Source: Thermodesulfobacteriota bacterium
Lineage (GTDB): Bacteria; Desulfobacterota; WTBG01; JAGOGO01
Direction: 5' to 3'
NCBI GenBank assembly: GCA_026625185.1
Contig: CP113000.1
Coordinates: 60,001 to 92,000 of the forward strand
DNA: 32,000 bases
A program made the position numbers and the translations under genes. The stretch's first letter is position 1. Each line of letters starts with the position of its first letter. The notes under the pieces were generated by a model that saw only the letters and a list, made by a program, of their open reading frames with translations, ran no database searches and was not told where the DNA came from. Below, in pieces: positions 10,555 to 20,187 of this stretch.

Positions 10555-11376
10555 CTATTTTCTCCGTTTGATTATGTACTTCGTTGTTGCCTTATCCTTC
10601 CGGGTTTTATATCCTTTGGTGGGAACCCCCCACGGAGTGCAAGGATGTCGACCACCGGAAGACTTGCCTTCTCCACCACCCATGGGGTGATCAATGGGAT
10701 TCATAGCCACACCTCTTACCTTGGACTTTCTGCCAAGCCAGCGGTTGCGACCGGCTTTCCCAATAGAAACATTACTATGATTAATATTGCCGAGCTGGCC
10801 AATGGTAGCAAAGCAATTGAGATGAACCACGCGCACCTCATTCGAGGGAAGTTTAATTTGCGCGAAATCCCCCTCTTTGGCCATAAATTGAGCATAGGTG
10901 CCTGCACTGCGAGCCAGCTGACCTCCTTTTCCGATTTTAAGCTCGATATTATGAATAATACTACCCACCGGAATATTATTCAGAGGAAGAGCATTGCCAA
11001 TCTGAATCGGTGCATTCCCTCCGGACAAAACCGTATCTCCCACTTTAAGACCTAACGGAGCTAAGACATATCGTTTTTCTCCATCTCCATAATGGAGAAG
11101 TGCAATCCTCGCAGAACGATTCGGATCATATTCTATGCTTGCCACTTTAGCAGGAATATCATGTTTATTCCGTTTAAAATCGACATCCCGATATTTCCGT
11201 TTATGTCCTCCTCCAATGTATCGGCTCGTGATGCGGCCATAACAATTTCGCCCCCCTGTCTTGGTCAAGCCCTTCACCAAGCTTTTTTCCGGTTTTTTCC
11301 GGGTAATCTCTTCGAAAGTCAAAACGGTTTTAAAACGAATTCCTGGCGATGTTGGATTATATTTTTTTATGCCCAT
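10555..11376 (-). CDS. rplB: 50S ribosomal protein L2
   Basis: 273 aa beginning [14 protein letters not shown], with GGGHKRKYR and [26 protein letters not shown]. Confidence 0.95.
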   Translation of the reverse strand: MGIKKYNPTSPGIRFKTVLTFEEITRKKPEKSLVKGLTKTGGRNCYGRITSRYIGGGHKRKYRDVDFKRNKHDIPAKVASIEYDPNRSARIALLHYGDGEKRYVLAPLGLKVGDTVLSGGNAPIQIGNALPLNNIPVGSIIHNIELKIGKGGQLARSAGTYAQFMAKEGDFAQIKLPSNEVRVVHLNCFATIGQLGNINHSNVSIGKAGRNRWLGRKSKVRGVAMNPIDHPMGGGEGKSSGGRHPCTPWGVPTKGYKTRKDKATTKYIIKRRK

Positions 11377-11393
11377 ATTAGCTTCCTACCAGA

Positions 11394-11684
11394 TCAAGCC
11401 CCTTCTAAAAACGGCACCTTCTCACCGGGTTTGAGAGTAACAACTGCTTTTTTCCAATCAGATCTTTTCCCCAGTACATTTTTATACCTTTTAACTTTCC
11501 CGCGAACAAGCATAGTGTGGACATCAGTAACTTTTACCTTAAAAATTTTTTCCACCGCTTGTTTTATTTCGATCTTGTTCGCCCGCCGATCAACCTCAAA
11601 GGATACCTTATTCGCTGTTTCTTTCTGGGTTGTGCTCTTTTCGGTCACAATCGGCCTTTTTAGGACATCATAAATATTCTTCAT
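11394..11684 (-). CDS. rplW: 50S ribosomal protein L23
   Basis: 96 aa containing [14 protein letters not shown]....[26 protein letters not shown]. Its ATG overlaps the rplD stop (ATGA at 11684-11681). Confidence 0.95.
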   Translation of the reverse strand: MKNIYDVLKRPIVTEKSTTQKETANKVSFEVDRRANKIEIKQAVEKIFKVKVTDVHTMLVRGKVKRYKNVLGKRSDWKKAVVTLKPGEKVPFLEGA

Positions 11685-12316
11685 GCTAAAAGCCTTTTTT
11701 CAATGCTTTCCAATGACTTCTTCGATAAAACAACATAATCGTGAACCATAAGATCAAAAACATTGAGCCCCTCCGGCTTTAGGACCTTGAAATTGGTGAC
11801 ATTCCGGGCTGAGAGACTCAAGTTTTTATTTTCCTCATCAATAATAAGGGCATTGGTTATTTTCAAAGTTTTCATTAAGGCTACAAACTGCTTGCTCTTA
11901 ACCTCATCTAATTTAATGGCATCAACCAACACCAATTTATTCTCTTGAAGCTTTTGGGTCAGGGCTGATTTCAAAGCGTTTTTTCTGACCTTTTTAGGAA
12001 CTAAGTAAGAGTAATCATGAGGCACCGGCCCAAAAATCGTCCCCCCACCTTTCCATAAGGGTGAACGAATAGTGCCCACGCGAGCGCGTCCGGTCCCTTT
12101 TTGCCTCCAGGGTTTCTTACCGCCTCCCCTTACTAACGAGCGGTTTTTAGTAGAAGCGGTCCCTGACCTCCGGTTGGTTAGTTGCATTTTCACCACTTCA
12201 TGAATAAGAAAAGGATTTACCTCTACTCCAAAAATATCATCGGTTAATGAAGTTTCCCCAATCTTATTATTAGTTATATCCACAAGATCAACCACTGGCA
12301 TTGTCATTCCAACCAT
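11681..12316 (-). CDS. rplD: 50S ribosomal protein L4
   Basis: 211 aa containing [48 protein letters not shown]. Three ATGs lie within the first six codons (12316, 12307, 12301), so the exact start is uncertain. Confidence 0.93.
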   Translation of the reverse strand: MVGMTMPVVDLVDITNNKIGETSLTDDIFGVEVNPFLIHEVVKMQLTNRRSGTASTKNRSLVRGGGKKPWRQKGTGRARVGTIRSPLWKGGGTIFGPVPHDYSYLVPKKVRKNALKSALTQKLQENKLVLVDAIKLDEVKSKQFVALMKTLKITNALIIDEENKNLSLSARNVTNFKVLKPEGLNVFDLMVHDYVVLSKKSLESIEKRLLA

Positions 12317-12320
12317 TCAC

Positions 12321-12944
12321 TTATTTCAATTTTTTAACCATAATTATTCCCCGCTTTCCTCCCGGTACACTCCCTTTAACTAAAAGCAGGTTTTGTTCTG
12401 TTTTAATATCAACAATTTCTAAATTTCGTACGGTGATCCGGGCATTGCCATAATGCCCCGGAAGCTTCTTCCCTTTTAATACCCGGGAGGGATCGGCACT
12501 TGCCCCAATTGATCCCGGAGCCCGATGAAACATGGCCCCATGTGTTCCCGGCCCCCCCCAAAAACCCCATCGTTTTACCACGCCGGCAAAACCCCGGCCT
12601 TTGGAGTTGCCAGTTATGGAAACTTTTTCTCCTACTGAAAACACCTCTACCGTAATTTTTTGTCCAACGTCATACGCCTCCACGTCATCAATACGAAACT
12701 CTTTCAAAACCTGACAAGGAGGAAGAGAAGCTTTTTTAAACTGTCCTCGTAATGGCAAGCCTATCCGTGATTCTTTCTGATTACCAAAACCAACCTGGAT
12801 AGCTTTGTAACCATTTTTCTCATCGGTCTTTTTCGTTACCACGGTACATGGGCCAGCTTCAATAACCGTCACCGGAACAATCTCTCCTTCGTCCGAAAAA
12901 ACCTGCGTCATCCCAATCTTTCGGCCAATTAATCCCAGCATCAT
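12321..12944 (-). CDS. rplC: 50S ribosomal protein L3
   Basis: 207 aa beginning MMLGLIGRKIGMTQVF...G...PVTVIEAGPC.V. Confidence 0.95.
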   Translation of the reverse strand: MMLGLIGRKIGMTQVFSDEGEIVPVTVIEAGPCTVVTKKTDEKNGYKAIQVGFGNQKESRIGLPLRGQFKKASLPPCQVLKEFRIDDVEAYDVGQKITVEVFSVGEKVSITGNSKGRGFAGVVKRWGFWGGPGTHGAMFHRAPGSIGASADPSRVLKGKKLPGHYGNARITVRNLEIVDIKTEQNLLLVKGSVPGGKRGIIMVKKLK

Positions 12945-12967
12945 ATTTTTTAGTAAATCGATAAAGT

Positions 12968-13276
12968 TTAAAGTTTTAACTCTACATCCACCCCAGCAGA
13001 AAGATTGAGTTTCATCAAGGCATCAATCGTCTCCTGAGTTGGTTCCAATATCTCAAGCAGTCTTTTATGCGTTCTAATTTCAAACTGCTCTCGAGATTTT
13101 TTATCTACATGAGGCGAGCGTAAAACACAGTACTTATTAATCTCAGTAGGCAAAGGGATAGGACCAACAACCCGTGCTCCAGTCCGAAGGGCAGTATCTA
13201 AAATCTCTTCAACCGATTGATCCAGCAGCTTATGGTCATATGCCTTTAAACGAATCCTTATTTTTTGGTCAGTCAT
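12968..13276 (-). CDS. rpsJ: 30S ribosomal protein S10
   Basis: 102 aa containing [35 protein letters not shown]. Confidence 0.95.
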   Translation of the reverse strand: MTDQKIRIRLKAYDHKLLDQSVEEILDTALRTGARVVGPIPLPTEINKYCVLRSPHVDKKSREQFEIRTHKRLLEILEPTQETIDALMKLNLSAGVDVELKL

Positions 13277-13364
13277 CCTTGCCTCACCTAATCACCTTTG
13301 TCTTGATACATCCGTTGGTTTTATGTTTTACGACTTCCGGTATTCAATCCAGCCACCCAGCCGG

Positions 13365-14564
13365 TTATTCTATAACTTCACTAATTACTCCCGCCCCCAC
13401 TGTCCGGCCTCCTTCACGAATCGCAAACCGCAACTCCTTCTCCATCGCTATCGGAGTGATTAACTCTATTTCCATACTGATATTGTCTCCCGGCATCACC
13501 ATCTCTACCCCATCCGGTAACTTCGCTACCCCGGTTACATCCGTCGTCCGAAAATAAAACTGCGGCCGATATCCATTGAAAAACGGCGTGTGACGCCCTC
13601 CTTCTTCCTTCGTCAATACATATACCTCCGCCTTAAACTTCTTGTGCGGCGTTATGCTCCCAGGCTTCGCTACCACCTGCCCACGCTCTACTTCTTCTCT
13701 CTTCGTGCCTCGCAACAATATCCCAATGTTATCCCCAGCTCGCCCCTCATCCAGTATCTTCCGAAACATCTCTACCCCGGTACATACGGTCTTCTGCGTC
13801 GGCGTAAAACCTACAATCTCTACTTCGTCTCCTACTTTAATAATCCCGCGCTCCGCTCGCCCCGTTACCACCGTCCCTCTACCCGATATTGTAAACACAT
13901 CCTCGATCGGCAGCAAAAACGGCTTGTCAATATCACGCGCCGGCTCCGGTATCTGCGCATCAATCGCATCCAATAACTGCTGAATACACTGATACTCCTC
14001 CGCACCCTGATCCTTGGCCTCCGACTGCATCGCCTTTAAGGCGCTTCCCCGGATTATCGCTATATCATCCCCGGGAAATTCATACTGGGTTAATAACTCC
14101 CGCACCTCTAACTCCACTAATTCAATCAGCTCCGGATCATCTACCATATCTACTTTGTTTAAAAATACCACTATATGCGGTACCCGTACCTGCTTTGCCA
14201 ACAAAATATGCTCCCGCGTCTGAGGCATCGGCCCGTCTGCTGCGCTTACTACCAAAATCGCCCCATCCATCTGTGCCGCCCCCGTAATCATGTTCTTTAT
14301 ATAATCCGCATGCCCAGGACAATCAATGTGCGCATAATGCCGCTTATCAGTCTCATACTCAACATGCGCTATCGCAATCGTTAAACCACGCTCCCGCTCC
14401 TCAGGCGCTTTGTCAATCGAATCATACGCCATAAACTCTGCCTTGCCTTTTAACGACAAATACTTCGTCATCGCTGAGGTCAACGTCGTCTTCCCGTGAT
14501 CTACATGCCCTATCGTCCCTACATTAACATGCGGCTTCGTCCGCTCAAATTTCTGCTTCGCCAT
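13365..14564 (-). CDS. tuf: Elongation factor Tu
   Basis: 399 aa beginning [29 protein letters not shown], with DCPGHADY and NKVD GTPase motifs. Confidence 0.97.
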   Translation of the reverse strand: MAKQKFERTKPHVNVGTIGHVDHGKTTLTSAMTKYLSLKGKAEFMAYDSIDKAPEERERGLTIAIAHVEYETDKRHYAHIDCPGHADYIKNMITGAAQMDGAILVVSAADGPMPQTREHILLAKQVRVPHIVVFLNKVDMVDDPELIELVELEVRELLTQYEFPGDDIAIIRGSALKAMQSEAKDQGAEEYQCIQQLLDAIDAQIPEPARDIDKPFLLPIEDVFTISGRGTVVTGRAERGIIKVGDEVEIVGFTPTQKTVCTGVEMFRKILDEGRAGDNIGILLRGTKREEVERGQVVAKPGSITPHKKFKAEVYVLTKEEGGRHTPFFNGYRPQFYFRTTDVTGVAKLPDGVEMVMPGDNISMEIELITPIAMEKELRFAIREGGRTVGAGVISEVIE

Positions 14565-14598
14565 GATTACTCCTTATGACTATGAGGTTACTAAAAAG

Positions 14599-14672
14599 AG
14601 CCCACGACCGGGATTGAACCGGTGAACCCCTTCCTTACCAAGGAAGTGCTCTACCGACTGAGCTACGTGGGC
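14599..14672 (-). tRNA. tRNA-Thr (anticodon GGU)
   Basis: The reverse strand reads GCCCACGTAGCTCAGTCGGTAGAGCACTTCCTTGGTAAGGAAGGGGTTCACCGGTTCAATCCCGGTCGTGGGCT. The hand fold gives a 7-bp acceptor stem, GCTC/GAGC D-stem, anticodon loop TTGGTAA and T-arm ACCGG-TTCAATC-CCGGT. CCA is not encoded. The variable region looks 6 nt long in my fold, so the ends are approximate. Confidence 0.85.
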
Positions 14673-14676
14673 AATA

Positions 14677-14753
14677 TGGAGCGGGAAACGGGATTCGAAC
14701 CCGCGACCCTCAACTTGGAAGGCTGATGCTCTAGCCAGCTGAGCTATTCCCGC
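14677..14753 (-). tRNA. tRNA-Gly (anticodon UCC)
   Basis: The reverse strand reads GCGGGAATAGCTCAGCTGGCTAGAGCATCAGCCTTCCAAGTTGAGGGTCGCGGGTTCGAATCCCGTTTCCCGCTCCA. It folds as a cloverleaf with anticodon loop CTTCCAA and an encoded CCA. Confidence 0.9.
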
Positions 14754-14764
14754 CAACTGCAAAA

Positions 14765-14850
14765 TGGTGGAGAGGGGAGGATTCGAACCTCCGAAGGCAT
14801 TAGCCGACAGATTTACAGTCTGTTCCCTTTGGCCGCTCGGGAACCTCTCC
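14765..14850 (-). tRNA. tRNA-Tyr (anticodon GUA), long variable arm
   Basis: The reverse strand reads GGAGAGGTTCCCGAGCGGCCAAAGGGAACAGACTGTAAATCTGTCGGCTAATGCCTTCGGAGGTTCGAATCCTCCCCTCTCCACCA. The anticodon loop is CTGTAAA, it has a class II variable arm, and CCA is encoded. Confidence 0.9.
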
Positions 14851-14907
14851 TCACTTTTCCTTGGAAGTTTTGTGATTATAATAATAGAAAACAATTATAT
14901 TTTTCAG

Positions 14908-14982
14908 TGGAGCTGGCGATGGGAATCGAACCCGCAACCTGCTGATTACAAATCAGCTGCTCTACCGTTGAGCTACGCCAGC
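14908..14982 (-). tRNA. tRNA-Thr (anticodon UGU)
   Basis: The reverse strand reads GCTGGCGTAGCTCAACGGTAGAGCAGCTGATTTGTAATCAGCAGGTTGCGGGTTCGATTCCCATCGCCAGCTCCA. The anticodon loop is TTTGTAA and CCA is encoded. My hand fold leaves one C-A mismatch in the T-stem (GCGGG/CCCAT). Confidence 0.85.
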
Positions 14983-14994
14983 AGATAAATTTAT

Positions 14995-15023
14995 AGAATA
15001 AATAAATTTTTAATTAAAATCAA
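14995..15023 (-). promoter_or_regulatory. Candidate sigma70-type promoter for the tRNA-tuf unit
   Basis: On the reverse strand: TTGATT (15023-15018), a 17-nt spacer, then TATTCT (15000-14995), 12 nt before the tRNA-Thr(UGU) 5' end. It is embedded in a ~190-bp very AT-rich tract (14983-15172). An alternative -10, TATAAA, lies a few nt downstream. AT-rich sequence makes such matches cheap. Confidence 0.3.
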
Positions 15024-15172
15024 GAAAAAATTATTTTAGCCTTTAAAAAATTTTAAAATTTTGAATAAAAAATTTTTTTGTCTAAACTCCATTTTTAACC
15101 TATTTTCACGGCAACGAAGGTAATAAAAATTTTTCAAATATATTCAATCTGTTGGGTAAATTTTTTTTAGGC

Positions 15173-16201
15173 TCAAAACTGACCCACAGAGTTTTTCCCC
15201 AAAAACGCCATCTGCGCTGCTAACTTGATGGCATTAATAAGACTTTTTGGGCTTGCCCGGCCGGATCCCGCAATGTCATAAGCAGTTCCATGGTCAACCG
15301 AAGTCCTAATGATTGGGATCCCAAGAGTTACATTAACCGCATCTTCAAAGTGCAGAAGTTTTAAGGGAATTAGGCCCTGATCGTGGTACATACAAATTAC
15401 CGCATCATAATGCCCTTTAATTGCAAAATAAAACAAAGTATCCGGAGCAAAAGGGCCCAAAACATTAATTCCTTCCTCTCGCGCTTTTTTGATCATCGGG
15501 TCAATAATTTTTTCTTCCTCTTCCCCGAAAAGTCCTCCCTCTCCAGCATGAGGATTTAAGGCAGCAACTGCCAACCTCGGTTTTTTTATCCCAAAAAATT
15601 TCTTCAGATAATTATGAGTTAAACGAATACAGGAAAATACTTTCTCAGACGATAAAACTTCAGATACCTTCCTCAAAGGAAGGTGAATGGTGACTAAGAC
15701 AACTTTCAGCCTTTTCCCCGCAAGCATCATAGCGTATTCTTTAGTGTTAGTCTCTTCTACCAAAAGCTCAGTGTGGCCGGGGTAGGTATATCCGGCTAAG
15801 GACATAGCGGCTTTATTTATTGGGCAGGTCACCATTCCGTCAATTTTCTTTTCTAAAACCAAGTGAATTGCCTTTTTGATATAACCTACCATCGCTTCAC
15901 CAGTATCTCGGTTTGGTTTCCCGAAAAAAATCTGGTCGGGATTTAATTTCGATAAAGCAAGTACGTTTATTACCTTTTCTTTTTTATTATCTTGCTTAAT
16001 TTCTTTGACTGGACGTAACTCTAAAGCAGAACCAAGAAATTTCAACGTCTTGTCCATTACTTCCCGGTCACCTAAGACAAAAGGTAAACAGGCATCCCAG
16101 ACCGAGTTTTCTTCCAATGCCTTAACAATAATCTCAGGCCCAATTCCAACCGGATCGCCCATTGTAATCCCAATGGTTGGTTTTTGGGAAGAATTTTTCA
16201 T
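15173..16201 (-). CDS. pdxA: 4-hydroxythreonine-4-phosphate dehydrogenase (PdxA family)
   Basis: Contains PTIGITMGDPVGIGPEI, the GHTE motif (YPGHTELL), NPHAGEGG and IRTSVDHGTA.DIAG.G.A, which are PdxA family signatures. I prefer ATG 16201 (AGGAAAAG upstream, 11 nt after the mnmE stop) over the TTG at 16228. Confidence 0.85.
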   Translation of the reverse strand: MKNSSQKPTIGITMGDPVGIGPEIIVKALEENSVWDACLPFVLGDREVMDKTLKFLGSALELRPVKEIKQDNKKEKVINVLALSKLNPDQIFFGKPNRDTGEAMVGYIKKAIHLVLEKKIDGMVTCPINKAAMSLAGYTYPGHTELLVEETNTKEYAMMLAGKRLKVVLVTIHLPLRKVSEVLSSEKVFSCIRLTHNYLKKFFGIKKPRLAVAALNPHAGEGGLFGEEEEKIIDPMIKKAREEGINVLGPFAPDTLFYFAIKGHYDAVICMYHDQGLIPLKLLHFEDAVNVTLGIPIIRTSVDHGTAYDIAGSGRASPKSLINAIKLAAQMAFLGKNSVGQF

Positions 16202-16212
16202 AAAAACTTTTC

Positions 16213-17607
16213 CTATTTTCCGATACAAAATTCAGCAAAAATCTGGTCTAAAATCTCCTCAGTAGTGGTTTCACCCACTATTTCCCCCAGGTAATCAAGC
16301 GAACACTTTAAATCAACCGCGATAAACTCCTGAGACATGCCTGCTTCCAGACTTTTTATCGCCCGGCTAATCCCTCCATCTGCTTTTTCAAGGCTAATTT
16401 TATGGTGCAGTCGGTTAATAAAAACCGGTGGAGAAGAGATTTCTTTCCGCTCAATAATCAACCCATGGATAACTTTTTTAAGCTCCTCAAGACCCTGGTG
16501 ATATTTCGCTGAAATCGAAACCATCGCATTATTCTTTAATGCCGGAGAAACCGACAAAGGATTCAATGCGGCTGGCAGGTCAGCTTTATTAAGCACGATA
16601 ACCATCTTTTTTCGTTGAAACTCTTCAAAAATTGCCTGATCATTTTCCGTAAGGGGAGAACTTTGATCAAGAACGAGTAAGACCAAGTCAGCTTGAGAAG
16701 CTTTGTCACGAGTCCGGTTGGTCCCTTTCTCTTCAATCGGATCGGTTATGGTATAAAACGGAAGTCCCGCAGTATCGATAATAGTTAATGGTATTCCATG
16801 AATATTTATATTTTCTTCAATCGTATCCCGGGTGGTTCCAGGTAAATGACTAATAATAGCTCTTTCTTCTCCTAGGAGCGCGTTAAGAAGACTCGATTTT
16901 CCCACATTTGGCCGCCCGATAATAGCGGTCTTAACCCCTTCGCGAAAAAGTTTTCCTTCTTCATACGTTGAAAGGAGTGCCTTGATCTCGCCTTCCAAAC
17001 CTTTTAATTCCCCCAACACTTCCTCAGTTGAGAAAATCTCAATTTCTTCCTCAGGAAAATCAATCGCTGATTCAATATGGCTGATCAATGAGATTAAGTT
17101 TTTTTTTACCCCGTGAATTTTTTCTGTTAAAATGCCTCCCAGTTGCGATGCTGCCTGCATCAGAGCTGATCCTGTCCTAGCCTGGATAAGGTCAACAATG
17201 GCTTCGACCTGGGTTAAGTCGATTCGTCCATTGAGAAATGCCCGGCGGGTAAACTCTCCCGGCTCCGCCAAACGAACCCTTTGGTGGCTCAAAACCAAAT
17301 TAAGGATCTTTTCCAAAATTAAATACCCGCTGTGACACTGAATTTCCACCACATCCTCTCGGGTATAAGAGGCCGAGGCAGGCATGTACGTAAGGAGAAC
17401 TTCATCGATCACTTCTTGAGAGGAAGGATCCATTACCGCACCAAAATGAAGGTAGCGAGGTTTTAATAACTGGTTGATCTTATCTTTTTTTCGGAAGATT
17501 CGCTCTGCTATTTTTCGTGAAAAAGGACCACTTATTTTTATTATCCCGATTCCTCCAATCCCCACAGGAGTGGCCAAAGCTGCTATGGTATCGTGGTAGG
17601 TATCCAT
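16213..17607 (-). CDS. mnmE: tRNA modification GTPase MnmE (TrmE)
   Basis: 464 aa beginning DTIAALATPVGIGGIGIIKISG. G-domain motifs GRPNVGKSSLLN, DTAG and NKAD are present, with the C-terminal FCIGK signature. Confidence 0.93.
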   Translation of the reverse strand: MDTYHDTIAALATPVGIGGIGIIKISGPFSRKIAERIFRKKDKINQLLKPRYLHFGAVMDPSSQEVIDEVLLTYMPASASYTREDVVEIQCHSGYLILEKILNLVLSHQRVRLAEPGEFTRRAFLNGRIDLTQVEAIVDLIQARTGSALMQAASQLGGILTEKIHGVKKNLISLISHIESAIDFPEEEIEIFSTEEVLGELKGLEGEIKALLSTYEEGKLFREGVKTAIIGRPNVGKSSLLNALLGEERAIISHLPGTTRDTIEENINIHGIPLTIIDTAGLPFYTITDPIEEKGTNRTRDKASQADLVLLVLDQSSPLTENDQAIFEEFQRKKMVIVLNKADLPAALNPLSVSPALKNNAMVSISAKYHQGLEELKKVIHGLIIERKEISSPPVFINRLHHKISLEKADGGISRAIKSLEAGMSQEFIAVDLKCSLDYLGEIVGETTTEEILDQIFAEFCIGK

Positions 17608-17622
17608 ACATAAAGTCTGGTT

Positions 17623-18279
17623 TTACAGCTTTATGAGTTTATGCGCAAGGTTCCGAGGGGAAATGATTACCTTTTTTAACTTTCCTTCCCCTTCACTTTT
17701 CGCGGTAAGGTCTGGATGATTTTTGAGGGCAAGGTAAATCACTCGGCGTTCTTGAGGATTTAAAAGTTCAGTAGCGACTGATTTTTTCTGTCGTTTTGCT
17801 TGACTCCCCAATTTTTGGGCTATAAGTGCTAACTTTGCTTCCCGTCGGTGCCGATAATTTTCAGTATCCACAATAATAGGAACTCGATCTTCTGGTTTTT
17901 GGTTAACCATTTTACTAATTAAATATTGAAGGGCATCTAAGGTCTGACCTTTTTTCCCTATAAGAAGCCCACTACCATCTCCCTTGATCGTTAAAAAAAT
18001 TTTTTTATCAATTAATTCGGCACGTACCGAGCTGGGTATTTGTGCCAATCGAAGAATTTCCGTCAAAAAATTTTGAGCTTTATCTTTTTTTTCTTCCACA
18101 GGGTCTTGCATTTGACTGGCATTAATCTTAGCTTTTTTTGAACCAATCAGCCCAAAAAAGCCTTGAGAACCATCTGAGGTAACTTCGATACTAAGCTTTT
18201 CCTTGGGGGTTTTAAAAAATTGAACCGCTTTTTCTATAGCTTCATCAACGGTCTTACCTTCAAATTCCATCGCTTCCAT
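17623..18279 (-). CDS. jag: Jag/KhpB-like RNA-binding protein (Jag_N, KH and R3H regions)
   Basis: 218 aa with N-terminal EGKTVDEAIEKA, a central GKKGQTLDALQYL (KH-like GxxG) and C-terminal LNPQERRVIYLALK (R3H-like). It lies between yidC and mnmE. AGGAGG sits 6 nt upstream of the ATG. Confidence 0.85.
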   Translation of the reverse strand: MEAMEFEGKTVDEAIEKAVQFFKTPKEKLSIEVTSDGSQGFFGLIGSKKAKINASQMQDPVEEKKDKAQNFLTEILRLAQIPSSVRAELIDKKIFLTIKGDGSGLLIGKKGQTLDALQYLISKMVNQKPEDRVPIIVDTENYRHRREAKLALIAQKLGSQAKRQKKSVATELLNPQERRVIYLALKNHPDLTAKSEGEGKLKKVIISPRNLAHKLIKL

Positions 18280-18288
18280 CTTAACCTC

Positions 18289-19905
18289 CTAAGAGACGCG
18301 CTTATCGATATAAAGTTGTTGAAAGATCTGGAGAATATTATTTACCAGCCAATAAATAACCAGGCCCGAAGGAAATTTCAGAAACATAAAGGTAAAAACT
18401 ATGGGCATGGCGAGCATCATTTTGGCTTGCGTTGGATCACCAGTGGTCGGTGTCATCTTTTGAGTAATAAACATCGAAGCACCCATCAATACCGGGGTAA
18501 TGTAGTACGGGTCATACGCCGAAAGGTCGTTAATCCATAGTATAAAGGGCGCATGGCGTAGCTCGATTGACCCCAAGAGCACCCAGTAAAAAGCAAGAAA
18601 AATAGGAAATTGCACTAAAAGCGGAAGACAGCCACCCAGAGGATTTACTTTATAAGTTCGATAAAGATTGAGCATTTCTTTATTAAGTTGTTCCCTGTCA
18701 TTGCCGTATTTTTTCTTTAAGGCGGTCAGCTGGGGCTGAAGGTCTTTAAGAGACTTCATTGACTTATAACTTTTGTGGGTGAGGGGGAAGAAGATAACCT
18801 TTAAAATTATCGTAAGCAGAATGATGGCCCAGCCATAATTATGGGTAAATTTATTAAAATATTTTAATATATAGAGAAGAGGCTTGGCGATAACGTCAAA
18901 CATTCCGAAATCGATAACTTTTTCAAGGTTTCTTCCCACAGAACTCAGTATATCAATATCCTTTGGGCCACAATAAAACCCATAAGAAAAAAAGTCCCTT
19001 CCTCCTTGCGTAGAAGGTTTTAGTTTTTCAAAGCAATTAATGAGAACCGTTTCTTTATCAGTTTTAACGATCTCCGCAGAAAGTAAACCCTGGTTGTTAG
19101 GCAAAAAAGCCGCTAAAAAATATTTATCTTCGAATCCTGCCCAGCGAACCCCTTGGGAAAAAGTTTGATATCCTTCTTTAAGTTTTTTTATTTTTATTTC
19201 ATTAAGCTTGCCCTCAGCAAAAGCCGCCGGTCCGATAAATCCCAGACTAGAATCGTAATCCTGTTTTTTGTAATCGAGCTGCTGCACCCAGGTAATGACT
19301 GCTCCCTCAGGCAAAGAACGGGTGGGTAGGGGTGTAACTTCAACCGTAATTTCCATTAAATAATTTGCTGCGGAGAAGACAAAGGTCTTTTTTATGAGCG
19401 TTCCATCGGAAGTTTTTCCCAAAAAAACAACCCCACCTTTGCCTCGATCTTCGGTTAGATTTAACGAGTTCTGCTCACACTCAAAAGGAATATTGAGGAG
19501 TTCAGTCTCTTTTTCCCAAACCAACGTTAAACCGAAAGGATATCGGCCATCTTTCGTCCCGGCGACCATTTCGATCGGCTTGCCTTTCTTTCCCAGTTGG
19601 TCAAAATAATTTTTTAAAGACCAACGTTTTAACGTACCACCACGAGAAGAAAACACCGCCGAATACAGAGGGGTTTCTACCTTGATTTCTTTTTCCGGCA
19701 TGAATACACCATGGGAAGTTGAAGGAAAGGAATCCAAGTTTTTTTCTTCTAAAACTTCCCCGACCTTTTTTTCAGGCATTGGTATCTCACCAGTTTCTCC
19801 TGCTTTTTTTGGTGGCTGCTGCTTTTTAGGCGGAACAAAATAAGCGTCAAACAAATAAAGTACCAGTAGTGAAAGGACAACCGCCCAAAGAACCCTTCTA
19901 TCCAT
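18289..19905 (-). CDS. yidC: Membrane protein insertase YidC (long, diderm-type with periplasmic domain)
   Basis: C-terminal core motifs NYGWAIILLTIILKVIFFPLT, NPLGGCLPLLVQFPIFLAFY and PSGLVIYW. I prefer ATG 19905 (AGGAGA 5 nt upstream) over the TTG at 19929 used by the track. Confidence 0.93.
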   Translation of the reverse strand: MDRRVLWAVVLSLLVLYLFDAYFVPPKKQQPPKKAGETGEIPMPEKKVGEVLEEKNLDSFPSTSHGVFMPEKEIKVETPLYSAVFSSRGGTLKRWSLKNYFDQLGKKGKPIEMVAGTKDGRYPFGLTLVWEKETELLNIPFECEQNSLNLTEDRGKGGVVFLGKTSDGTLIKKTFVFSAANYLMEITVEVTPLPTRSLPEGAVITWVQQLDYKKQDYDSSLGFIGPAAFAEGKLNEIKIKKLKEGYQTFSQGVRWAGFEDKYFLAAFLPNNQGLLSAEIVKTDKETVLINCFEKLKPSTQGGRDFFSYGFYCGPKDIDILSSVGRNLEKVIDFGMFDVIAKPLLYILKYFNKFTHNYGWAIILLTIILKVIFFPLTHKSYKSMKSLKDLQPQLTALKKKYGNDREQLNKEMLNLYRTYKVNPLGGCLPLLVQFPIFLAFYWVLLGSIELRHAPFILWINDLSAYDPYYITPVLMGASMFITQKMTPTTGDPTQAKMMLAMPIVFTFMFLKFPSGLVIYWLVNNILQIFQQLYIDKRVS

Positions 19906-19935
19906 TAATTCTCCTAAACCCAATATCAAATTTTG

Positions 19936-20154
19936 TTATTTTGCCGGTGGTACCGGATCCCATCCTCCAGGATGAAAGGGATGACATCTCAAGACCCGGA
20001 ACAGCCCTAACTTTATTCCCCAAAAAACTCCATGGGTATTAATCGCCTGAATAGTATAGTGCGAGCAGCTAGGGGTAAACCGGCAAGAGGGGGGAAAGAA
20101 AGGCGAAATAAATACTTGGTAAGCACGAATAAGACAAATGAATATATTCTTCAT
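19936..20154 (-). CDS. yidD: Membrane protein insertion efficiency factor YidD
   Basis: 72 aa containing [29 protein letters not shown]...[18 protein letters not shown]. Confidence 0.92.
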   Translation of the reverse strand: MKNIFICLIRAYQVFISPFFPPSCRFTPSCSHYTIQAINTHGVFWGIKLGLFRVLRCHPFHPGGWDPVPPAK

Positions 20155-20187
20155 AAAAATGAACAGGCTAAATCCGGCTTGCGTAGG

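Noticed and set aside
10420-11673. Long plus-strand ORFs 10420..11055 (211 aa) and 11092..11673 (193 aa). Similar antisense ORFs occur at 6034..6504, 9778..10206, 5020..5346 and 13174..13983.
   Set aside because: They lie antisense to unmistakable ribosomal-protein and tuf genes. Their sequences are low-complexity (Ser/Phe/Ile/Pro-rich) with no motifs. They are typical shadow ORFs.
14580-14988. Track ORFs 14580..14894 (-, 104 aa) and 14764..14988 (+, 74 aa)
   Set aside because: Both run straight through the four tRNA genes. Their peptides are just translated tRNA sequence, with no SD and no protein-like features.
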